From Oscillospiraceae bacterium (GTDB lineage: Bacteria > Bacillota > Clostridia > Oscillospirales > CAG-272): 64,000 bases of DNA. Both the position numbers and the translations under genes were made by a program. The first letter of the stretch is position 1. The number at the start of each line of letters is the position of its first letter. Of this stretch, positions 18,512-26,600 are shown piece after piece. The DNA lies in NCBI GenBank assembly GCA_015064695.1, contig SVRS01000003.1:15025-79024 (forward strand), given 5' to 3'. Under the pieces are notes generated by a model. That model had not been told where the DNA came from. It searched no databases and was given only the letters and a program-made list of their open reading frames with translations.

Positions 18512-20269
18512 ATGAAAAAGCAATCTTTACGCATGATCCTTGCTTCCCTATTGGTTGCTTCCTTGGCTCTGCCTGCCTGCACCGTCAAGGATGTTAATGA
18601 AGAAACCACCGATGCCAGTCGCATTGAACTAACCACGGAAGAACAAACTCAACCCGAAGTCACCACCGAGGCCGACACCGAAACCCCCGTGCCTTCGGTT
18701 CCTCCCGTGGATCCCGCTACCTTTGGAAATGCCGCCATCACCTACGAGTGCGAGGATGGCTCACTTCTCTCCACCTACATGCAAAAGACCGCTGAGGATT
18801 TTGCCGGAGTCTGCTCCTACTACATCCAGGCGGGATATAGCCTGTACAACACCTCAGACATGGGCGGTAACCTTTCCAGCACCTACGTCAAGGGAGATGC
18901 TATGGCCCATATCTACTACCATCCCTCCAATGGTGAGCTGAACATTGTCCTCTCCGAGACGGCGGGTGCTACCCTGCCCCCTGCTACCCCTGCCGTGACC
19001 GACGGGGACTACGAGTGCACCGTGGTGCAGATGATGGATGCCGAGCACGTCAACGGCATGGGCTACATCATCCAACTCAAGGACGGCTCCTACATCGTCT
19101 ACGACGGTGCCTATTCCAGCCAAACCAACAAAATCGAACGGTATCTGACCGAGAACCACAAGGGCGAGGGCAAGCCCATCATCCGCGCTTGGGTGCTGAC
19201 CCACTCCCACAACGACCATTACCCCGTGTTCCAGATGTTTGCCAAGCGAACCCAGCGTGGTGAGAAGTTCATCATTGAGCATGTCATCGTCTCCCCCATG
19301 AACGAGGACAACTATTTCATGAACGACCCCAATGACCGCGACCCCTACCTCAGCACCGAATTTTACGAGGACGTGGCCAAATTCACGGGAGCCAAGGTGG
19401 TATTTGCCCATACGGGTATGAAGTTCACCTTCTGCAACCTGGACATGGAGATCCTCTATGCCCCCGAAAGCCACTACAAGACCACAGACGATCTGGGCAA
19501 CTTCAACAATACCAGCGTCGTTTCCCGCCTGTCCGGTGAGGGTTACTCCGCCCTGTTCACGGGTGATGTGGGCATGCAGGGTGCTAACATCATGTTGAAT
19601 CTCTACGGCGACTACCTGAAGAGCGACATCTGCCAGATCTCTCACCACGGCGTGGAGGACGTGCCCCTGTCCTTCTACGAAAAGGTCCAAGCCGCCATTC
19701 TGTACTATCCCTGTGACCTGTGGTTGTACGATCAAACCGACCGTCACTGGGAAGAGCGCAAGGCTATGGAGACCTGGGATTGCACCAAGGAGATCCTGAT
19801 TGCCGGTCTTGGTCAGTACGTCCGCGCCTGGGGCACCACCTTTGCTGCAGATGCACCTCTGTCCATGCCGGATTATCCGATTTCCGAGACCGAGGAGGAA
19901 ACCACAGAGGAACCCGAGACCGAGGAGGAAACCACAGAGGAACCCGAGACCGAGAATCCCGAAAACAATACCCTGCTGACGGTTGACAAAACTGTTTACA
20001 AGGTAGGGGAATCCATCATGGTATCCGCCGTTGGCAGCGGCACCGACTGGGTAGGTATCGCCCCTGTTGGTTCCGAAAGCTCCGAGCGTTGGTGGTATGT
20101 CACCTCGGTGGGATCGGGTACCACCTTCGACCTGACCGCGACCCTTTCGGGTGATGAAAAGACCGGCGAGTTTGCTGCAGGCGAGTATCTCATCGCACTG
20201 ATTCCCAATGACAAGCCCTGGTCTTCGGGAGATTATCTGGCGACGGTGAGCATTACCATCGAAGAATAA
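18512..20269 (+). CDS. MBL-fold metallohydrolase lipoprotein, tandem paralog lacking the LamG domain
   Basis: Trimmed to ATG 18512. Lipobox ALPAC. HSHNDH and SHHGVE. Long blocks are collinear with the 16005-18419 product. Acidic ETEEETTEEP linker. Confidence 0.7.
   Translation: MKKQSLRMILASLLVASLALPACTVKDVNEETTDASRIELTTEEQTQPEVTTEADTETPVPSVPPVDPATFGNAAITYECEDGSLLSTYMQKTAEDFAGVCSYYIQAGYSLYNTSDMGGNLSSTYVKGDAMAHIYYHPSNGELNIVLSETAGATLPPATPAVTDGDYECTVVQMMDAEHVNGMGYIIQLKDGSYIVYDGAYSSQTNKIERYLTENHKGEGKPIIRAWVLTHSHNDHYPVFQMFAKRTQRGEKFIIEHVIVSPMNEDNYFMNDPNDRDPYLSTEFYEDVAKFTGAKVVFAHTGMKFTFCNLDMEILYAPESHYKTTDDLGNFNNTSVVSRLSGEGYSALFTGDVGMQGANIMLNLYGDYLKSDICQISHHGVEDVPLSFYEKVQAAILYYPCDLWLYDQTDRHWEERKAMETWDCTKEILIAGLGQYVRAWGTTFAADAPLSMPDYPISETEEETTEEPETEEETTEEPETENPENNTLLTVDKTVYKVGESIMVSAVGSGTDWVGIAPVGSESSERWWYVTSVGSGTTFDLTATLSGDEKTGEFAAGEYLIALIPNDKPWSSGDYLATVSITIEE
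19886..19954 (+). repeat. perfect 30-bp tandem repeat (2.3 copies) inside a CDS
   Basis: GAGACCGAGGAGGAAACCACAGAGGAACCC occurs twice, then GAGACCGAG. It encodes ETEEETTEEP repeats. Confidence 0.9.
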
Positions 20270-20277
20270 TTTTCAGC

Positions 20278-20309
20278 AAAAGGCAGAATTCGTTCTGCCT
20301 TTTGCTTTT
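20278..20309 (+). terminator. intrinsic terminator
   Basis: AAAGGCAGAA, TTCG loop, TTCTGCCTTT, then TGCTTTT. Confidence 0.75.
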
Positions 20310-20324
20310 GTTATGGGGACATAC

Positions 20325-20353
20325 TTGACCCGGGGAGATATTTGTGGTATAAT
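20325..20353 (+). promoter_or_regulatory. sigma-A type promoter
   Basis: TTGACC, 17 nt spacer, TATAAT (TGg extended). Confidence 0.55.
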
Positions 20354-20402
20354 GGGCGTAGCATAAATGATCATACACCACCAATAAAGAAGGAGCTCCC
20401 TC

Positions 20403-21467
20403 ATGAAATTTCAATCCCTTCCCCAAAACCAATGGCAAAAGATCTACCTCCCCGAGGCTACCTGCGCCTTTGATGCCCCCTACTGCATTCACGTCCGTCG
20501 GGGCGATCCCCGCCGTCTGCTGTTCTGGCTGGAAGGCGGCGGTGCCTCCTGGGACAGAGACAGCGCCAAATGGCCGGGCATTCCCGAGACGAGGGAGGTC
20601 TACAACCACCCCGGTCTGTTCTCGGTCATTGCCGACGAACACCCCGACAACGTCTCCATCCAAACGGGCGCTTGGAGCGGCCTCCTCTCTACCACCGAGG
20701 AAAATCCCCTGTCCAATTGGAGCATGGTCTACGTCTGCTACGCCACGGGGGATTTCCACACGGGAACGGCTGACCTGCACTTCACCGCCGCCGACGGAAG
20801 CGAGCGGATCCTCCACCACCACGGCTACCTCAACCTCCAAAAGGTTCTGAAGCTAACCCGAGAGCTGTTCCCTTCCGTGGAGCAACTGCTTGTAGCCGGA
20901 GAAAGCGCCGGCGCGTACGGCGTGGCGGCGGTCTCGGGAGACGTGATGGATGCCTTCCCCGCCTGTGCTGATGTAACCCTGCTCTGCGACAGTGCCCTCA
21001 TGTCCCACGACTGGTCCGCAACCGTCCGCGACATCTGGCAGGCCCCGCCCCATATCGCAGATGCCGTCAAAAGCGAGAATTTCGTGGTGGATTGGTTCCG
21101 CGCCCTCCACGAAAAATACGGTGACAAGCCCCGCTACCTCTACACCTGCGGCCACAAGGATGAGACCCTGGTCACCTTCGGCCACTACCTGGACGACGGA
21201 CGGTTCATACAAGACGAGACCTACTGCGAGATGTTCCGCCATGCCCTGGGACAGATGTGCGGTGAGCTCAAGGCCATCTCCCCTCGGTTTTCTGTGTATA
21301 TCCACGACTTTGAGAAGGAAAAGTACGCCCCCGGAGTCAAGCACTGCATCTTCGCCAACGGGTGCTATACCGGGCAGAATATGGATGGGGTCACGCCCGT
21401 AAAGTGGCTGACGGACGCCATGATTGATCGTCTGTATGACGTGGGCGTGAGACTGGTGGAGGAATGA
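20403..21467 (+). CDS. alpha/beta hydrolase resembling the pectin acetylesterase (PAE/Notum) family
   Basis: LFWLEGGGASWD, VCYATGDFHTG, nucleophile elbow GESAGAYG. The family assignment is from memory of PAE motifs. Confidence 0.5.
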   Translation: MKFQSLPQNQWQKIYLPEATCAFDAPYCIHVRRGDPRRLLFWLEGGGASWDRDSAKWPGIPETREVYNHPGLFSVIADEHPDNVSIQTGAWSGLLSTTEENPLSNWSMVYVCYATGDFHTGTADLHFTAADGSERILHHHGYLNLQKVLKLTRELFPSVEQLLVAGESAGAYGVAAVSGDVMDAFPACADVTLLCDSALMSHDWSATVRDIWQAPPHIADAVKSENFVVDWFRALHEKYGDKPRYLYTCGHKDETLVTFGHYLDDGRFIQDETYCEMFRHALGQMCGELKAISPRFSVYIHDFEKEKYAPGVKHCIFANGCYTGQNMDGVTPVKWLTDAMIDRLYDVGVRLVEE

Positions 21468-21582
21468 GCATAGGAGACCGAACACAGCTAACTAATTTAG
21501 GGGGACCTCTAAAAAGTTTCAAAAAACACCCAACCAAATCCCACCCCGCGCGACAGTAAGGGCAGAAAGGAGATATGACCGA

Positions 21583-23364
21583 ATGACCGATCAAAAAAAC
21601 CGATTATCTGCCGAGGAGATCCTCAATCACCCGTCCTTCGACGAGGCCTACCTGGAGCTGACCCGCTATGCTTACACCCGTACCCGCAACAGCGGGGAGG
21701 CTGAGGAGGTGGTGTCGGACACCGTACTGTCCTGGGTACAGGACGTGCGGGCCGGAAAGCAGATCGACAACCTGACGGGGTATCTGCATCGGGTATTTGA
21801 GCGGCGGCTGAGTGACCGCCTCCGCCGGCAGTACCGTCGAGAGGCAGAGCTTTGGGACGATGGAACCATCCTGGACAACATCCCTGACGAGAGCGACCCC
21901 GAGGAGCTTCCCACCGCCCTGCGGGAGGCTGAGGCGGTGCGCAAGGCCATCGGACGGCTGGCCGCTATCTATCGAGAGGTAGTCTACCGCCACTACATGA
22001 AGGGACAGGGCGTAGAGGAGATCGCCTCCGCCCTGGGAGTCCCCGTGGGGACCGTCAAGTTCCGCCTGTCCAACGGGCGGGGGCAGATGAAGGAGACCAT
22101 TACCGCCCATTTGGAGGAGGATACCCACACCCATTCGGTCAAGAAGACTATGAACCAAAAGAAAAACAGCGTAACTGCCGACACAAGGCCTTATGCCGAT
22201 GCGTCCTATGCGCCCAAGACCGTGACCATCGGTATTTGGGGCAACGAGGGAGGGCGCGGCGAGCCTTTCTGCTTCCTTCGTTCTCTGATCGCGCAAAATA
22301 TCCTGGTGCTGGCTTATGAGAAACCCATCAGCATCCGAGACCTGTCGGAGGCGTTGGCCATCCCAACGCCCTACGTGGAATTTGAAGTGGAAAAACTGAT
22401 CGACGGCGAACTGCTGGGCAAGACTACGGGGGGACTGATCTATACCCGCATCTATATGCGGACCCCCGAGGCCGGTTACGGCGACGTGGAGGCCCAGGAA
22501 AAATTGGCCGCCGAGATCGCGCCGATTCTGTGGCGCAGGATGGAGGAGCATTTGGCACCCCTGTGGGAGGACGAGACCTCTGCCACACGGACCTTTTCGG
22601 ACAAGCAGACCGCCATTTTCCGACTCATGCTGGTGGAACAGATGCTGGGGAAGGTCATTTTCGACCCCGAAATGGATACGCGGAGTCCCGACGTGACCCC
22701 CATGGCCCGCCCCAACGGCGGTTGGTGGCTGGCGACGGGAACGGTGCATGAATACGGTCAGAAGCCCTACACGCACAAGTACAGCGGCTCGGGGCCCGTG
22801 AAGGTTAACCACGTAGCCTACCCCAAAAAGGAAGGGGATCGTCCCGAGCGAATAGCCATGATGCTGGATTACCAGTCCCTGTTCGGAGACGGCCACTGGC
22901 GGTACAACACCATGAAATATTCCTTTGGCCTGCAAGGAATATTGAAGTTCTACGCCTCGCTTTTCACCGATAAGGTCAAGCCCGAGGACGACCGTATCTA
23001 TGAACTGATCCCCGAATTTGAGGACATGGGTGTCCTCCACCGCGCCGAGAGCGGCGAGATCAAGCCTGACATTCCTGCCCTGCCCTTTGTCGAGTGGGAC
23101 CGTTGGGAGGCCGCATTGAACGCGCTTGTTCCGACTATGATGGAGGCCATCTCTGCCCCCATCAAAGCCCTGGTCCGGCGCACCGTCAACCGCGTTCCCG
23201 ACCATGTGGACGGCCGTGAGGCCTACCTCCACGATGGCGCGCTCGGGTGTCTTATCCCCGCTACCATGAAGGTCCTGGCCGAGGACGGCTTGATTCCCAA
23301 TGTGGTCATGGGCAAGACCCCCGTGATTCTGGTGGTCTATAACCCTTCATCGGATCGGAGGTGA
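21583..23364 (+). CDS. sigma-70 family (ECF-like) sigma factor with a ~420-aa C-terminal extension
   Basis: The N-terminal ~175 aa has the region 4 HTH GVEEIASALGVPVGTVKFRLSNGR. The remainder has no TM helix and a winged-helix-like stretch ILVLAYEKPISIRDLSEALAIPTPYVEFEVEKLIDGELL. Confidence 0.75.
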   Translation: MTDQKNRLSAEEILNHPSFDEAYLELTRYAYTRTRNSGEAEEVVSDTVLSWVQDVRAGKQIDNLTGYLHRVFERRLSDRLRRQYRREAELWDDGTILDNIPDESDPEELPTALREAEAVRKAIGRLAAIYREVVYRHYMKGQGVEEIASALGVPVGTVKFRLSNGRGQMKETITAHLEEDTHTHSVKKTMNQKKNSVTADTRPYADASYAPKTVTIGIWGNEGGRGEPFCFLRSLIAQNILVLAYEKPISIRDLSEALAIPTPYVEFEVEKLIDGELLGKTTGGLIYTRIYMRTPEAGYGDVEAQEKLAAEIAPILWRRMEEHLAPLWEDETSATRTFSDKQTAIFRLMLVEQMLGKVIFDPEMDTRSPDVTPMARPNGGWWLATGTVHEYGQKPYTHKYSGSGPVKVNHVAYPKKEGDRPERIAMMLDYQSLFGDGHWRYNTMKYSFGLQGILKFYASLFTDKVKPEDDRIYELIPEFEDMGVLHRAESGEIKPDIPALPFVEWDRWEAALNALVPTMMEAISAPIKALVRRTVNRVPDHVDGREAYLHDGALGCLIPATMKVLAEDGLIPNVVMGKTPVILVVYNPSSDRR

Positions 23365-24032
23365 GCCCCGTGACCAAGTTTTGGATCGCGCTGAACAGTT
23401 GGCTATGGTTCCTCTTGATCCCGACGGCCGTGGTGGCACTGGTTCTGGTAGTGCAGGTGATCCGTTTTCTCATTAAGCGGATACGATTGTGCATTCTGCT
23501 GAAAAGGGATAGCCGCAGGGGAATCGTGAACCTGCGCCCCTGCCGTCCCCTGTGGTGGCTGGCGGGGCCGCGCGGGAGCTGTGATCTTCTGCTTGACCTC
23601 AAAGACCCCGCAACAGGGCGGGTGTCCCACACCCTGGCGGTCAAGCTGATCCCTACGCTCATGCAAGGGACCGAATATAGCATCGGGGACATGGACCGCT
23701 GGCATACCAAGCTGAATTTTCTAATGCCCATGCCCTACGGAGTCCTGCGGCTGGATCTTGGGTATCGCAAGTGCCTCCCTCGTCCCGTGGAGCGGGTGTT
23801 CAGCCATGTTCCCGAGGGGGTTATCCGCGTGTATCTGTTCCATCCTCATCCCCATGCCCTGACACTGGGACGGCGGGGGAGCGGAAAAGGACGGGACAGG
23901 CGGGCTGTGGATGAATTGTCGGTTCCGATTTGGCATGAAGGAGTCCTGCTTCTGGACCTGGCGACTCTGCGGGATATGGCAACGTCGTGCGAGGAAAAGA
24001 GGGCGGGGGTGCTGTCACCGATTACTATCTAA
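23361..24032 (+). CDS. hypothetical single-pass membrane protein, translationally coupled to the sigma factor gene
   Basis: GTGA overlap with the sigma stop. An alternative in-frame GTG at 23370 has better spacing to GGAGG. N-terminal TM helix WLWFLLIPTAVVALVLVVQVI. Confidence 0.5.
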   Translation: MSPVTKFWIALNSWLWFLLIPTAVVALVLVVQVIRFLIKRIRLCILLKRDSRRGIVNLRPCRPLWWLAGPRGSCDLLLDLKDPATGRVSHTLAVKLIPTLMQGTEYSIGDMDRWHTKLNFLMPMPYGVLRLDLGYRKCLPRPVERVFSHVPEGVIRVYLFHPHPHALTLGRRGSGKGRDRRAVDELSVPIWHEGVLLLDLATLRDMATSCEEKRAGVLSPITI

Positions 24033-24191
24033 AGGGAGCATCTGAGAAATTCTTTGGATGCAGAATATTTCAAGGTTCTCTGTGAATTTTTCTATTACCT
24101 AAAATCTCGGCAAAGCTCACCTATGAGGTTCCTTCTCCAAAAGCAGATGGCTCTCTTTCGCAAGATTTACAGAAAATTCTCACATTCCCTC

Positions 24192-24220
24192 TTGCCATAT
24201 CGCAAAAAATATGGTATACT
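24192..24220 (+). promoter_or_regulatory. sigma-A type promoter of prfB
   Basis: TTGCCA, 17 nt spacer, TATACT (TGg extended). Confidence 0.5.
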
Positions 24221-24269
24221 GTATAAGTTAATATGCAATTTCAAACTTTTATATTGTGAGGTACACATT

Positions 24270-25379
24270 GTGATCGTACAGTTGGAAGAAGCTAAGCATG
24301 AGCTGACGGGTATGAGACCCGATATTGAGGACCTGGGACAAGCACTCCGCGTTGAGTTTCTTGCCGCCAAGGCCGAGGAGCTGGAGCAGGAGACTCTTGC
24401 CCCCGATTTTTGGAGCAACCAGAGTAATTCCTCCAAGATCCTGCAGACCATCAAGCAGTACAAGGACACCGTGGACGGCTACAATGCTTTGGTTGCCCGT
24501 TTGGAGGATGCCATCGCCCTCTGCGAGATGTCCATTGAAGAAAATGACGAAAGCTCCCTGGAGGAAATTCAGGCCGAGCTGGAGGCCATCAAGACAGAGG
24601 CTGAGCATAAGCGCATTGAGGTTCTGATGTGCGGCGAATACGACGACAGCACCGCTATTGTCTCCTTCCACCCCGGCGCGGGCGGAACTGAAGCACAGGA
24701 CTGGTGCCAGATGCTCTACCGCATGATCAACCGCTGGGCCGAGGGCAACGGCTTCAAGGTCAAGCTCTTGGAATGGCAGGACGGCGATGCCGCCGGTCTG
24801 AAATCCGCCACCATCACGGTGGAGGGTCCCCACGCCTACGGCTACCTCAAGAGCGAGCATGGCGTACACCGCCTGGTCCGCGTGTCCCCCTTTGATGCGG
24901 CGGGCAGACGGCAGACCTCCTTCGCCTCCATCGAGGTCATGCCCGAGTTCCCCGACCTGGACGAGGTGGAGCTTCGAGAGGACGAGTACGAGTTCATGGC
25001 CTACCACTCCAGCGGCGCGGGCGGTCAGAACATCAACAAGGTCTCCTCGGCGGTCCGTATCACCCACAAGGCCACGGGTATTGTGGTGGCTTGTCAGACC
25101 GAGCGCTCCCAGCTTCAGAACAAGGAGACGGCTCTGCGTATGCTGAAGGCCAAGCTGATGGATATTAAGATCCGCGAGCGTCTGGACACCATCGAGCAGG
25201 TCCAGGGTAACAAGAACAACATCGAGTGGGGCTCCCAGATCCGCTCCTACGTGTTCATGCCCTATACGCTGGTCAAGGACACTCGTACCGGCTACGAGGA
25301 CGGCAACGTGGATGCAGTCATGGATGGACGCATTGACGGGTTTATCAACGCGTATTTGAAGCATATTACCAAGAACTGA
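24270..25379 (+). CDS. prfB: peptide chain release factor 2, uninterrupted (no +1 frameshift site)
   Basis: SPF motif (RVSPFDAAG), GGQ (SGAGGQNINK). Track ORF trimmed to GTG 24270, 8 nt after GTGAGGT, which gives an N-terminal length like E. coli RF2. Confidence 0.9.
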   Translation: MIVQLEEAKHELTGMRPDIEDLGQALRVEFLAAKAEELEQETLAPDFWSNQSNSSKILQTIKQYKDTVDGYNALVARLEDAIALCEMSIEENDESSLEEIQAELEAIKTEAEHKRIEVLMCGEYDDSTAIVSFHPGAGGTEAQDWCQMLYRMINRWAEGNGFKVKLLEWQDGDAAGLKSATITVEGPHAYGYLKSEHGVHRLVRVSPFDAAGRRQTSFASIEVMPEFPDLDEVELREDEYEFMAYHSSGAGGQNINKVSSAVRITHKATGIVVACQTERSQLQNKETALRMLKAKLMDIKIRERLDTIEQVQGNKNNIEWGSQIRSYVFMPYTLVKDTRTGYEDGNVDAVMDGRIDGFINAYLKHITKN

Positions 25380-25393
25380 TTTTATAAGAAAAT

Positions 25394-25447
25394 CACCCCG
25401 GTCAGAGCATCGTGTTTTTGATGCTTTGAGCCGGGGTGTTGTTTATC
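25394..25447 (+). terminator. intrinsic terminator of prfB
   Basis: CACCCCGG TCAGAGCATC, loop, GATGCTTTGA CCGGGGTG, then a TTGTTT tail. Confidence 0.7.
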
Positions 25448-25503
25448 GCTCATTCGGTTGAATTTGGGAATCGATCATGTCCTTCAATTCGTTTACGTGC
25501 CTT

Positions 25504-25699
25504 TTATTTACCACAATTAGTAAAGATCGGAAGTGCAAACATCGATAGTAATGCCAGTGCCATATACGTTCCAATTGGACCTTTTCCTCCATTGCCGTCC
25601 ATCACAGACCTACTATATAGATACACCAAAACCTCTATAAACGTATATCCACCTAAGATATAAGGCCATAATTTATAAGATAAAATATAGTTTTTTTCA
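25504..25699 (-). pseudogene. possible frameshifted small membrane-protein gene
   Basis: AAGGAG RBS 8 nt before ATG (25699). MKKTIFYLINYGLIS then stop. The +1 frame continues ILGGYTFIEVLVYLY...ALALLSMFALPIFTNCGK to TAA at 25504-06. Confidence 0.3.
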
Positions 25700-25792
25700 T
25701 TGCATATTTCTCCTTAAACATCGTGTTACAAATGCTTGATAAGGACTACAATACTGCGAGTATTACATATTACAAATAAATGCTTTCAATTC

Positions 25793-26302
25793 TTACTTCC
25801 GAATCAGTTTTCCATCAAACATTTTTTCGAAATCTTCGATAGTCCCTTGTACCAATAAATCTTTTTGACAAATAAAACGAAGATTTTTTTCAGTATGTAT
25901 AAAATTGATTTGATACCATAAGCCATAGTCAATCACATATTCAACATCGTCTATCATTTGTACCCAATGGAAAGTTTCACCTATACTTTCCATGTGTCCA
26001 TCATCGTGAATTATAATTTTTGATGGCAAAATAGAACTTTCGACGCCCTTAATATACGGAGACAACCCACAAAATGAGACAAATAAAAGAATAACAGGTA
26101 CACACAGCCCCAGTGTCCAAAGCACCCCGATAGAAGTGAACATTGTCAAGGCAATAATCGTCGGAATTCCAATCAAACAACTACCTCCAATCGAAGCAAA
26201 TAAAAGCAATTTCGACTCTCTTTTTTGCACGAATTTTTTGCATTGGCCAGTTGGGCGACCACTAAATACTATGAATGGGTGTTTGTCAAATTCAATCGTC
26301 AT
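25793..26302 (-). CDS. hypothetical membrane protein (169 aa), AT-rich gene
   Basis: AAAGGAGG RBS. Two or three TM helices followed by a ~85-aa soluble C-terminal domain. Confidence 0.55.
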   Translation of the reverse strand: MTIEFDKHPFIVFSGRPTGQCKKFVQKRESKLLLFASIGGSCLIGIPTIIALTMFTSIGVLWTLGLCVPVILLFVSFCGLSPYIKGVESSILPSKIIIHDDGHMESIGETFHWVQMIDDVEYVIDYGLWYQINFIHTEKNLRFICQKDLLVQGTIEDFEKMFDGKLIRK

Positions 26303-26440
26303 AAGATAGTTCCTCCTTTATTGTGCAGGATGACGTGAGTATGCGGGGGGTGTTTGAGGTGTCGGTTGCGCTATCGGCTCAAGTTCGGTTCCTTGCATTT
26401 CTATACCAAACAGAGGTGCGACAAAGCCCCCCTTGTTCTG

Positions 26441-26469
26441 ATTATACCATATCTCCCCCCATTTGTCAA
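26441..26469 (-). promoter_or_regulatory. sigma-A type promoter driving 25793-26302 through a ~130-nt leader
   Basis: Minus strand TTGACA (plus 26464-69), 17 nt spacer, TATAAT (plus 26441-46), TGg extended. Confidence 0.5.
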
Positions 26470-26538
26470 CCCATATAGAAAAACTGCCCATATTCACCAA
26501 AAATTCACGCCTCTCCCCTGTCTTTTTTTCATAACCCC

Positions 26539-26567
26539 TTGCATTTTTCTCAAAAATGTTATATAAT
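26539..26567 (+). promoter_or_regulatory. sigma-A type promoter of the oxidoreductase-coaE-slt operon
   Basis: TTGCAT, 17 nt spacer, TATAAT. Confidence 0.55.
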
Positions 26568-26600
26568 ATAAGATGTATTTCTATAGACAGGAGCCAAACT

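Noticed and set aside
21604-23232. 542-aa ORF antisense to the sigma factor gene
   Set aside because: It is an antisense shadow. The plus-strand product has a recognisable sigma region 4 HTH and a proper RBS.
24249-25364. 371-aa ORF antisense to prfB. Similar cases are 30502-31569 opposite prfA, 31587-32873 opposite tsaC, 47281-48417 opposite trpS, 13684-14826 opposite the beta-helix gene and 17184-18332 opposite the MBL lipoprotein gene.
   Set aside because: All lie opposite genes with diagnostic motifs. None has a plausible RBS or recognisable domain.
25436-25663. 75-aa plus-strand ORF
   Set aside because: It lies antisense to a better-supported (though frameshifted) minus-strand small ORF with a strong RBS.
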